Below, piece by piece: positions 31,492 to 40,540 of a stretch of DNA of 64,000 nucleotides. Source of the stretch: a virus (taxonomy: Duplodnaviria; Caudoviricetes); IMG/VR virus record IMGVR_UViG_3300025011_000016, one strand, 5' to 3'. The notes under the pieces were generated by a model. That model was not told the DNA's origin, made no database searches, and worked only from the letters and a program-made list of their open reading frames with translations. The translations under genes and the position numbers were made by a program. Within the stretch, counting starts at the first letter, position 1. Each line of letters starts with the position of its first letter.

Positions 31492-33422
31492 GTAAACAAG
31501 GTAAATTTCTAACTGATTGGAAAAATCATTATGTATCTATATTCTCTACCATGTACCCTGATTTAAACGAGAAGGAACTTAGTAAATTCATTAAAAGCAT
31601 TGCTTCGGAAAGAGCAGTTAGTCCAAAAGGAAAAATTCATAATAACTATAACCATAAGGAGATAGACGTTGATTTACTTACTTTAATTGATTGGTATGAC
31701 AGAACTAAACCTATAGCTGCTGGATTTGGAGTATTCTTTAAGAATCAGGATCAAGAACTCAATCCCTCAGCAGTAATGTTGGATAATTTCCTAACTTTAA
31801 GAAAATCATATAAGGACAAACTTAAAGAATTTGACAGGAAATCATATGAGTATGCCACATTTGATAGGCTTCAGGGAACTGAGAAAATCAACGCAAATTC
31901 CTTCTATGGCTGTTCCGGGAACCGAAAATCAAACTTCTTCAACCTCTATACGGCCAGTAGTACAACATCTACTGGCCAATCTATAATATCTACAACAGAG
32001 TTAGCCTATGAAGCGTTCTTAACTAATAATGTAACATTTATAGACTTAGATGATTGCATGAATTTCATGGAGAATATTATTCATGAGAAGAAAGTTTTAG
32101 ATGATAGATTCCTACCTAATATATCAGTAGAGTTATTAATAAAGAGATTAAAATCAAATTTCCAGGATTATAAAGATTCATATGAGGATATACTATTCTG
32201 TTATATATTAAACCTAAATCAGAGAGATATTAATAGAATATATTTTAAGAATAACTTATATGAATTTTCTAGTCTAAGAAAGATAAATAATATGTTAACT
32301 TCAGTTATGTTAAAAGTGGATGAGTTTAAAAATCCAAGTAAAGTACCAGATATTATTAAATCTGATTTAAAAGAACTCTGGGATTATTATGGGCAATTTG
32401 TTTTTTACAACCATTTTGCTTTTGATAGAATTCAAAGATTGAAGAACGATGTTCGTAAGAGTGTACTAGTTATAGACACCGACTCAAATTTCATTCATTT
32501 AAATCCATGGTTTATTGCAATACAGAGTAATATTGTTATGAATAATACTAAATTATTTAATAAAGATCCCGATCAAATGAAATTTATTATTATCAATATA
32601 ATGTGTTATTTTATGACAGAAATGATAACTTTAGTTTTAGCTAGGTATTGTAAATATTCACATGTGCCTAAAAAATACCGACCTAAAATTAATATGAAAA
32701 ATGAGTTTTTCCAAATACGAGTTATCCTAGCACCTAAAAAAAAGCGCTACGTAACTAATATACGACTCCGTGAAGGAGTTGAGATATTTCCACCACGTAC
32801 TGCTATTTCAGGACATGACTTTATGAAGTCTACTACAAGGGAAGCCACTAAAGTATTTTTTACTAATTTGGTTAAAACTAAAATGATAGATAGTCCAGAT
32901 ATCAATATATCTGAAATATTAAGAGAGTTGGAAAGATTCGAGGATATTGTAAGAACATCTCTTATTAATGGTGAGAAAGACTTTCTATTGCCAAAGTCCG
33001 TTAAATCGTTTTCTGCATATAAATTCCCATTCAGGGAAACGGGTTTTAGGGCGGTTATAGCATTTAATTACATTTACCCGGATATGGAGATTCAGTTACC
33101 TGAGAAATTAGACATTGTTAAAGTAAAACTTGGCACACTGTCTGAATTAGAAAAACTAAAAGGGGTGAATGAAGATTATTATAATATTTTCTTAGAAAGG
33201 GTATTTAATAATCCGGAAAAAGCTATTTCAGAAAAAGGTGTACAGGCATTTGCTATCCCACGTTCATTTCCAAATATTCCAGATTGGTTGAGGGTGTTTA
33301 TTGATGTCGATACTATTGTGAATGATAATCTGTCAAGATTTACCAGTATTCTTGAGTCTCTTCAATTAGAAACTATTAAGACATCCAGATATGAGTATTT
33401 TTCTAATATTTTAAAGATTTAG
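31488..33422 (+). CDS. Family B DNA polymerase, polymerase (C-terminal) part of a split enzyme
   Basis: Motif B QGTEKINANSFYG and motif C VIDTDSNF present; no exonuclease domain or DxxSLYPS motif A seen. Confidence 0.85.
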   Translation: MSKQGKFLTDWKNHYVSIFSTMYPDLNEKELSKFIKSIASERAVSPKGKIHNNYNHKEIDVDLLTLIDWYDRTKPIAAGFGVFFKNQDQELNPSAVMLDNFLTLRKSYKDKLKEFDRKSYEYATFDRLQGTEKINANSFYGCSGNRKSNFFNLYTASSTTSTGQSIISTTELAYEAFLTNNVTFIDLDDCMNFMENIIHEKKVLDDRFLPNISVELLIKRLKSNFQDYKDSYEDILFCYILNLNQRDINRIYFKNNLYEFSSLRKINNMLTSVMLKVDEFKNPSKVPDIIKSDLKELWDYYGQFVFYNHFAFDRIQRLKNDVRKSVLVIDTDSNFIHLNPWFIAIQSNIVMNNTKLFNKDPDQMKFIIINIMCYFMTEMITLVLARYCKYSHVPKKYRPKINMKNEFFQIRVILAPKKKRYVTNIRLREGVEIFPPRTAISGHDFMKSTTREATKVFFTNLVKTKMIDSPDINISEILRELERFEDIVRTSLINGEKDFLLPKSVKSFSAYKFPFRETGFRAVIAFNYIYPDMEIQLPEKLDIVKVKLGTLSELEKLKGVNEDYYNIFLERVFNNPEKAISEKGVQAFAIPRSFPNIPDWLRVFIDVDTIVNDNLSRFTSILESLQLETIKTSRYEYFSNILKI

Positions 33423-33434
33423 GGGTGTATATAA

Positions 33435-34139
33435 ATGAGGCGTTTGGATATTAAACCTGGAGAAAAATTTGGATTATGGACAATAGTTGATTCTCCAATG
33501 TTAATAAACTATTTAAAGAGAACTTCATTTTTATGTGAATGTAGTTGTTCTGATAAAACTCGAAGATATGTTAGCTCTAATAGTTTAGTTCGAGGAATAT
33601 CTACCAATTGTGGATGTGTGCGAAAAGTTAGTATTTTAAAAAGTAACACTAAGCATGGTTTTAGCTACAATAGATTATATGGTATATTATATGGTATGAA
33701 GAGTCGTTGTTTAAAGACTTCAACCATATCATATAAAAATTATGGTGGTAGAGGAATTAAAATTTGTGATGAATGGTTAGATGAAAAGACTGGATTAAAA
33801 ACGTTTATTGAATGGGCTATGAGAAGCGGTTATCAATCTAATTTATCAATCGATCGAATCAATAATGATGGTAACTACGAGCCATCTAATTGTCGTTGGT
33901 CAACTTCGTCCGAGCAAAATAATAATACTAGAAGTAATGTGCACATAACGATTAATGGAGTAACGAAAACTATGGGTATGTGGGCGAAGCAATATGGTAT
34001 AAATAAGGGAACTTTTAGTGGGCGCTTACGTAAAGGATTCCCAAGTACTATGCTTTTGAAACCACCCGGATATTTCAAAGATAGGTATCTTATTAAAATT
34101 AATCTCCCATCGGATGTTATAATCCATGAACATGATTAA
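33435..34139 (+). CDS. Free-standing HNH-type homing endonuclease
   Basis: CECSC...NCGC, YKNYGGRGIKICDEW, SIDRINNDGNYEPSNCRW. Confidence 0.85.
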   Translation: MRRLDIKPGEKFGLWTIVDSPMLINYLKRTSFLCECSCSDKTRRYVSSNSLVRGISTNCGCVRKVSILKSNTKHGFSYNRLYGILYGMKSRCLKTSTISYKNYGGRGIKICDEWLDEKTGLKTFIEWAMRSGYQSNLSIDRINNDGNYEPSNCRWSTSSEQNNNTRSNVHITINGVTKTMGMWAKQYGINKGTFSGRLRKGFPSTMLLKPPGYFKDRYLIKINLPSDVIIHEHD

Positions 34140-34222
34140 AGCTTATCGTGTAACTAATATAATAAATCTAGAATTGAAAAAACTTTAGTAATATTCTTAA
34201 AATTTAGAGGAGGAAAAGAACA

Positions 34223-35236
34223 ATGGATTTTTCGATTATTGTGCCTGGGGATTGTGATGCAAAATGTGGTTTTTGTTTCTGGAAACAAACTGAGGCCTGT
34301 GACAATTATATTACTAAAGTTGAATCCATAATAAGTGAGTTACCTGATGGTCATCTAAGTTTAAAACTAACTGGTGGTGAACCGACTTTAAGTCCGTATT
34401 TAAAAGACTTACTGCAACTCATAAAGAAATATAAATCTAAATTCAAAGATGTAACTTTATTAACAAATGGATCTAACTTGTATGACGTTATTGATGATTT
34501 AGGAGATATAGTAGATCATGTCTCTATTAGTATTCATCATTTTAATACTTTTATCAATGAACGTATAATGAATAGACGTTATACTACAACAAATGGACTT
34601 TTAATGAATAGAAGGTATAGTACGGCGGGTGAGCTTTTAATAAGAACTAACTCAAAATTAAATAGTTTAGGAATTGATGTAACATTTACTGCTGTTCTTA
34701 TAGATCAGTTCAATGATCATGGGGATATACTTGAGTATATAGAATTTGGTAAATCTCATGGGGCATCATCTATCTGCTTTAAGAAGATTAAAACAACTGA
34801 AATGACACTCGACCCAACAACAGAAGAGAACCTATTCAATAATACCAAACCGATATATATTAAGTCAGATACAGTATCTAGAGTTAAAATCCAACTTATA
34901 AATGGTATGAAAGTTATATGGAAAACTAGTTTACTAGAACCATCTAATTCATTTGATTGGTTTATTTATGAGCTAATATTACATCCAAATGGTCATTTAA
35001 CACGTGATTGGGAAAGTAAGAGGGATTTTGATATAATCAAAAGTGAAATGGCGCATATTAGCAGTAGTGTATTAACTAGGGCTGAATTTAATCAGGTATT
35101 CCGAGTTAGTACATGTAAACAATGTGGTGATGTATTGGAGGTACTCGATGGAACTATAAAAACCAATCATGTTCTCAAATGTAATAGATGTAATATAGTC
35201 TATAATCGTGAATTTTATCCGCCTGTGGTGTATTAA
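34223..35236 (+). CDS. Radical SAM protein
   Basis: CDAKCGFC (CxxxCxxC), LTGGEPTL, TNGS; C-terminal CxxC...CxxC ribbon. Confidence 0.85.
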   Translation: MDFSIIVPGDCDAKCGFCFWKQTEACDNYITKVESIISELPDGHLSLKLTGGEPTLSPYLKDLLQLIKKYKSKFKDVTLLTNGSNLYDVIDDLGDIVDHVSISIHHFNTFINERIMNRRYTTTNGLLMNRRYSTAGELLIRTNSKLNSLGIDVTFTAVLIDQFNDHGDILEYIEFGKSHGASSICFKKIKTTEMTLDPTTEENLFNNTKPIYIKSDTVSRVKIQLINGMKVIWKTSLLEPSNSFDWFIYELILHPNGHLTRDWESKRDFDIIKSEMAHISSSVLTRAEFNQVFRVSTCKQCGDVLEVLDGTIKTNHVLKCNRCNIVYNREFYPPVVY

Positions 35237-35420
35237 TATGAGAATTATCGTTACTGAAAAAGGAAGTATTGATCGGTTTGAAATAACTAATCTTAATTGG
35301 TTTGCTGAAAAATATGTTAGTTCTTTTGATAATATGCTTTACTCATTTGAGTTTATTCTAGATGATAAAGATAAAATTATTAGAGATGATATAAATATAC
35401 GTCCAATGGCAGAATTATAA
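35208..35420 (+). CDS. Hypothetical protein (start probably ATG near 35238)
   Basis: Short co-oriented ORF. Confidence 0.4.
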   Translation: MNFIRLWCINMRIIVTEKGSIDRFEITNLNWFAEKYVSSFDNMLYSFEFILDDKDKIIRDDINIRPMAEL

Positions 35421-35442
35421 AATTTAAAGGAGTTGTTAAATT

Positions 35443-35748
35443 GTGAGATATTTATTAGTAAATCAACATAGAGCATGGGAAAGGTACGACGAGCAAATAT
35501 TTGAAACAACAGATATTGAAATAATAGCTGATAAATTTATTAATAAACATAGGCCGTATGCTATAATTATGGATGGTCCTTGTTTATCAATCTATATATG
35601 TGAAGGTAATAATATTTTAAATAAGATCTCAATATCCGGTTATCATCCTGTAACAAAAGAAATAGTTGTATCTATATTAAAGGAATCGTCCTTTATTGAT
35701 CGAAGATCTGAATTTGGTACAACTGAAAATATACGAATGAGAGAATAA
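35443..35748 (+). CDS. Hypothetical protein
   Basis: AAGGAG RBS. Confidence 0.55.
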   Translation: MRYLLVNQHRAWERYDEQIFETTDIEIIADKFINKHRPYAIIMDGPCLSIYICEGNNILNKISISGYHPVTKEIVVSILKESSFIDRRSEFGTTENIRMRE

Positions 35749-35829
35749 TTCCATCAGTTCGTATTATATTTTATTAGACCACGAACTTTATATTAAGATA
35801 ATGAGTTAATTAATAGGAGGTAAAAACAA

Positions 35830-36642
35830 ATGGCGTTTAATACAAATAATGGTCAGAACAATTCACGTGAAGCTGCTAATGTTAACACTAAAGGACTTTC
35901 ATTCTTTAACAAAGATGGATACGATGGTGGAGCCGCATTCTTAATCGGGTATTGGAATGGTCTAATCTCATTGAGGATGCATCCTGCCCTAGAATTGAGC
36001 AAGCAAACTGAAACAAGAAAATTTGATTATGAGAAGGTAGTATCTACCGCGTTGACTCCTGAAAAAGCTTTTATTCTTGCTACAAAAATCGAAAAAGAAA
36101 TTCTTCCGGCTATTGAAAAAGATGAGGCTCATTCCGTTGGTATTCCAGTTGGAAGTGATTCATTGTTGATCGTTTCAACCGGTAAAAAATTAATAGGATC
36201 AATTGCGCCATATATTGCAATTCATAAGTCTCTTGATCCTAAAACCAAACTACCTTCTATGAGTATGTATTATTCATTTAACTCAGACATAAGCATTGAC
36301 AACTACGATGAAACTACCGGCGCATTTGAAATGGGACCTAGTCTCAATGCCGAGCTAATGGTATTCCTTAATGTCTTAAAGACATCCATTATCGGACTCG
36401 GAAACTCAACAGTCCACGCATCACGTTGTGTAGACAAATACTTTAAAGACAAATTAAACAGTGACATCGGTGAAATTGCTGGTAAACTTGGTATAACCAT
36501 TACCGGCCCACAAAAGAATTCATATGGTCGTGGAGATATTTTCTCTAATGGTGGAAGACAGGAGAATTCATCTCGAACTGAACCTCAGACTAATGTTGAA
36601 AATCTGAGTAATATTGATGATATTGAGAAGTTTCTAAACTAG
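35830..36642 (+). CDS. Putative single-stranded DNA-binding protein
   Basis: AGGAGGT RBS; beta-rich core, flexible linker, acidic/hydrophobic tail (NIDDIEKFLN); family call is inference. Confidence 0.4.
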   Translation: MAFNTNNGQNNSREAANVNTKGLSFFNKDGYDGGAAFLIGYWNGLISLRMHPALELSKQTETRKFDYEKVVSTALTPEKAFILATKIEKEILPAIEKDEAHSVGIPVGSDSLLIVSTGKKLIGSIAPYIAIHKSLDPKTKLPSMSMYYSFNSDISIDNYDETTGAFEMGPSLNAELMVFLNVLKTSIIGLGNSTVHASRCVDKYFKDKLNSDIGEIAGKLGITITGPQKNSYGRGDIFSNGGRQENSSRTEPQTNVENLSNIDDIEKFLN

Positions 36643-36643
36643 A

Positions 36644-37028
36644 ATGGGATTTCTTGGTTTTGAATCTAAACGTGAAAAAAATCTTAGGTTACAATTATTA
36701 GATGCTCAAAATGAAATTGGTAGATTAAAAGCCGAGAAGGAAGGTATTCCATTTTTCGGCACAAAATATTCTGATTCTGAGTAAAATTATGTGTTAATAC
36801 GAGACTTATAAATAGTGGCGATAACCAAGCCTGTTAATAATATTTATAAGTTGTAAAAAATCTTTATCGACTAACGTAAATAAAGATTTTCGCCGTTGGT
36901 CGGACGGTTTAAAGAACCTTAAACGGTTAAGTTATTATGGTATCTAACTAATACTACTAACACGACAGGACGATAGAATTAAAATATCCGCCGATGATAT
37001 AAGAAGAAGAGTAAATTCATCTAGATAA
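36644..37028 (+). pseudogene. Small gene interrupted by the IStron relic (5' part 36644..36775, 3' part 36969..37028)
   Basis: MGFLGF...GTKYSD ends in TGAT; joining it to the sequence after ACAG gives an in-frame DDRIKISADDIRRRVNSSR-stop. Confidence 0.45.
36776..36968 (+). mobile_element. Internally deleted IStron relic retaining the omegaRNA-like right end
   Basis: 36860..36970 nearly matches the tnpB 3'/right-end sequence at 7780..7900 and 45540..45651; no tnpB ORF or ribozyme core. Confidence 0.75.
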
Positions 37029-37094
37029 AATTAATAATGGGCTATAAAATAATATAGCCCATTATTTTTTTACTGTTACTAAGGAGGTTATTAT

Positions 37095-37793
37095 TTGTCA
37101 AATGAATTTACAACAAAAGATGAAATTATCTTTATAACATATGATGATGTCATTAAGAGTCGCAATCCATTTATTCTTAATCAAATATTACAAAAGTATA
37201 AATCATATTATAATGATTTCTTAGATTTATCCCAGATAGAGAATTTGAATAAGAAACAACTTGATTTATTTTGTCTTAAACGTCAACATAAAAATATATT
37301 TCATACACTTGCAAAAAAGGAATTTGATTGTAATACGGCTATGAAAGAAATTAGTGATAAATATTATGATATGTTTATTGAATCTGAATTATTGACTATA
37401 GGTAAATCATTGAGCTTTATTCTACATCAAAAATTTACTAAGAAGATATATATTCATAGTCAAGAATATGATAAGAAAATCCACTTAGACATTCAGATGA
37501 ACTATAACGATATGGACAAAGTTAATTATGTCACGGGCAACTTAATTAATGTTATTAATACTATCGATGGTATTACCTCATATATACTTGCTGATATTAT
37601 GGATGTATCAGCTTTATTGGCTACTGATAAGATAGCTTATACTAATATTCTAGTTGCTAACTATGGATACAATTTTACGTATATTGATAATAAGTTAAAT
37701 CTTCGAATGAATTTAGATGACGCTATAAAAGAGAGAATATTTAAATTTGCTACATTCATGCCAATTGATATTGTAAAAAGTGATTTTAAATAA
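37095..37793 (+). CDS. Hypothetical protein, possibly degenerate HAD-like fold
   Basis: IIFITYDDVIK N-terminal motif; AAGGAGG RBS. Confidence 0.45.
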   Translation: MSNEFTTKDEIIFITYDDVIKSRNPFILNQILQKYKSYYNDFLDLSQIENLNKKQLDLFCLKRQHKNIFHTLAKKEFDCNTAMKEISDKYYDMFIESELLTIGKSLSFILHQKFTKKIYIHSQEYDKKIHLDIQMNYNDMDKVNYVTGNLINVINTIDGITSYILADIMDVSALLATDKIAYTNILVANYGYNFTYIDNKLNLRMNLDDAIKERIFKFATFMPIDIVKSDFK

Positions 37794-37867
37794 ACTTAAA
37801 ATATTATAAAATACTACGGGTAAAACAATGTCTTAATGAATCTAACGAAATAATAGGAGGTAAACTA

Positions 37868-39679
37868 ATGGATTATTGTACTGACGGTTGTGGTTATACT
37901 GGTGAGAGTTATAAACGGAGGATTATAAATGGAGAGAACATCTTGAGTAATGAAGTAGTAATGGGCGGTGGTGAATATATTCCACTCGGGTTTCGAGGCA
38001 TACCTGAAGTTAAAAAAAATACAGAGTATCAATGGAATATATTGAGTGAGGACGAGTTTAAACAGCGAATACTCAATGTATTTAGTCAAGTATCATCGGC
38101 TTTAGTGAAAACTCTTGGTCCCTATGGATCTACGACTTTGATCGAACGTTTTGGTGAAATGTGTATCACAAAAGACGGCTGGTCGGTATTGAAGAAGATC
38201 CATTTCACTGAAGAAATTAATAATCATATCTTACAATTGTTATTTAATATAAGCTCGCAAATTATATTAAAAATCGGTGATGGAAGTACATCTTCGATCG
38301 TAGCAGCCGATTCAATTTTCAATAATCTTAGTAAATGTGAGGAATTAAAAACTATTAGATCCAAAGATTTAATGGATGTTGTAAAACATTGTGTTGAGCT
38401 AATAACGGGTATCATCTTAATTAATTCTACTAAGATAGATCCTATTAAAGATCCTGAATTTTCTGATATCTATAAACTTGCTATAATTTCAACGAATGGA
38501 AATAAAGAGGTTTCAGAAATGATACGCTTTATTTATGCCGATACGGGAAATTCCAGTATCGAATTTAATAAATCCAGAACGGGTAAAACTAACTTCGAGA
38601 TAGTTAACGGTTACAAATGCATGATAAATTATATGGACCCGATATTTATTACTAATGATGCGGGTACATGTGATATTACCAAACCGATGATGTTAATGTT
38701 CAATCATAAGATTGAAATGATTCATTATGAGAAAATAATACAACCTCTTATACAAGAGGCTCTTAATTCCGATAGAAGAATTGTTGTGATAGCTCCATAT
38801 TATGATAATCAATTGTTAAATCTAATCCGTCGTAATAGTAATATAGAATTTAGAGCAACTCAAAAATGTACAGTTGTGTATACAAAAGTGGCGTTAATAA
38901 GTGATATGCATAATGAATATTTTAATGATTTCTGTATGATGACCGGAGCTATGATGATTAATGAATCTGCGGCTGAGGATATAATTGAAGGTAAAATTAA
39001 TCTTGAAGAATATGTTGGAGAAGTTGGTAAGATTTCAATCGGCGATAAAACCAGCTTAATAAAAGATTGTTTTAAGATGAATACTGACGAACATCAAAGA
39101 TATATGAATGATGCTGTCTCTAAATATAAACGAGTTGAAGAAACTCACAGTCAACTCGGAGTAGTTAATTCGGAACTATATGATCTCAAACAACGAATTT
39201 CTAAATTACGTGGAAAAATGGGAATAATATCCGTCGGTGGTTATTCCACACTTGAAAAGGATAGTAACTTCGACCTTGTTGAAGATGCGGTTAAATCTTG
39301 TGAATCTGCATATAATTATGGATTCAATATTGGTGGGAATTTGGCGATCCCTATTACTATACAAAAACTATTATGTAATGATTTCGGTATACCTGAACTT
39401 GATAAAATCGTTTTGAGATTATTTGATACTGCTTTCAAAGAAGTATTCTTTAAAGTATTAAAGAATAAATATACTCATGAATCTGATGTATATATTAATA
39501 GTTTAGTAAACGAAGCAATTGATCGGAGACAATGTTGGGATTTGATTAACGAGAAATTCTCCGATGATGTCATCAATTCATGCCATACTGATATTGAGAT
39601 ATTAAAAGCATCAACATCTATAATCTCTTTGCTGATATCTAGTAATCAATATATATCTATTCCACAACCAACTGAATAA
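37868..39679 (+). CDS. groEL: GroEL-like chaperonin
   Basis: TLGPYG, ITKDGWSVLK, IGDGSTS, DLVEDAV motifs; about 55-aa N-terminal extension; late-type promoter 37824..37835; no adjacent groES. Confidence 0.9.
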   Translation: MDYCTDGCGYTGESYKRRIINGENILSNEVVMGGGEYIPLGFRGIPEVKKNTEYQWNILSEDEFKQRILNVFSQVSSALVKTLGPYGSTTLIERFGEMCITKDGWSVLKKIHFTEEINNHILQLLFNISSQIILKIGDGSTSSIVAADSIFNNLSKCEELKTIRSKDLMDVVKHCVELITGIILINSTKIDPIKDPEFSDIYKLAIISTNGNKEVSEMIRFIYADTGNSSIEFNKSRTGKTNFEIVNGYKCMINYMDPIFITNDAGTCDITKPMMLMFNHKIEMIHYEKIIQPLIQEALNSDRRIVVIAPYYDNQLLNLIRRNSNIEFRATQKCTVVYTKVALISDMHNEYFNDFCMMTGAMMINESAAEDIIEGKINLEEYVGEVGKISIGDKTSLIKDCFKMNTDEHQRYMNDAVSKYKRVEETHSQLGVVNSELYDLKQRISKLRGKMGIISVGGYSTLEKDSNFDLVEDAVKSCESAYNYGFNIGGNLAIPITIQKLLCNDFGIPELDKIVLRLFDTAFKEVFFKVLKNKYTHESDVYINSLVNEAIDRRQCWDLINEKFSDDVINSCHTDIEILKASTSIISLLISSNQYISIPQPTE

Positions 39680-39745
39680 TTAACAATTTGGAGATATGAT
39701 TTTGTCATATCTCCAATTATTTACTTTTAAAGGAGGAAATTAATT

Positions 39746-40501
39746 ATGTATATGGCGCAAAATCTTAAAGCCTTTATTAAAAATCCAGCAGGCCCTGGAA
39801 GTACTGCACAAGGTAACATACAAATTATACGAGATGATCTAAATAGAAGATTTCTTAAATTAGTGAAAGAGAAACCTATAACTCTTGATGTGTACAGAGA
39901 CAAAGATGAATATTATTTCCATTTTAAAATACCTAGTGAAACCGAACGAACTAATACATATGATGTGGTACTACATTTCACTATGGGTGAAGATGATTTC
40001 AAATACGACAATTTCATTAATAATTACTATATGATCTTCTTTTCCAATAGTCCTAATTTCGTATATACATTTGCATATACTTATAATGAATATGGTTTAC
40101 TTATTCCTCATTTGGCTAATAAATATAAAGATATCGTTTTAGATCAGAATCCTCTTGTTCGTAACCCCGGCGAAGTCGTTAACTACGATAAATCGATATA
40201 TTTCGCTTGTCATTATATAGAGGAAAATAGAAAATACCTAAATAAAATGCATCTTAATTCTATAGCTAAACCTTTTGACGTTAAGAAGTTTAATGAATTA
40301 ATTAGACCTACGGATAGAATCGACATTGATATAAAGAAAGAGGATAAGCGTCTTAGGGATGAAAAAAGAAAAATTAAAGAAGATGCACTTAAAAAACCTA
40401 AGAAGGTAATTGAAAGAGTTTCTGATACTGTAAAGAGAATAGTACCTCTTAAGAAGATAGTTGCGCGTAAGTCATCTAAACCTAAAATAAAATCTAAATG
40501 A
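39746..40501 (+). CDS. Conserved phage protein with basic C-terminal tail
   Basis: AAGGAGG RBS; lies between the chaperonin and the candidate RNAP specificity subunit. Confidence 0.6.
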   Translation: MYMAQNLKAFIKNPAGPGSTAQGNIQIIRDDLNRRFLKLVKEKPITLDVYRDKDEYYFHFKIPSETERTNTYDVVLHFTMGEDDFKYDNFINNYYMIFFSNSPNFVYTFAYTYNEYGLLIPHLANKYKDIVLDQNPLVRNPGEVVNYDKSIYFACHYIEENRKYLNKMHLNSIAKPFDVKKFNELIRPTDRIDIDIKKEDKRLRDEKRKIKEDALKKPKKVIERVSDTVKRIVPLKKIVARKSSKPKIKSK

Positions 40502-40540
40502 ATTTATATATTATTACTTTAAGAAAACATAAAAGGAGTT

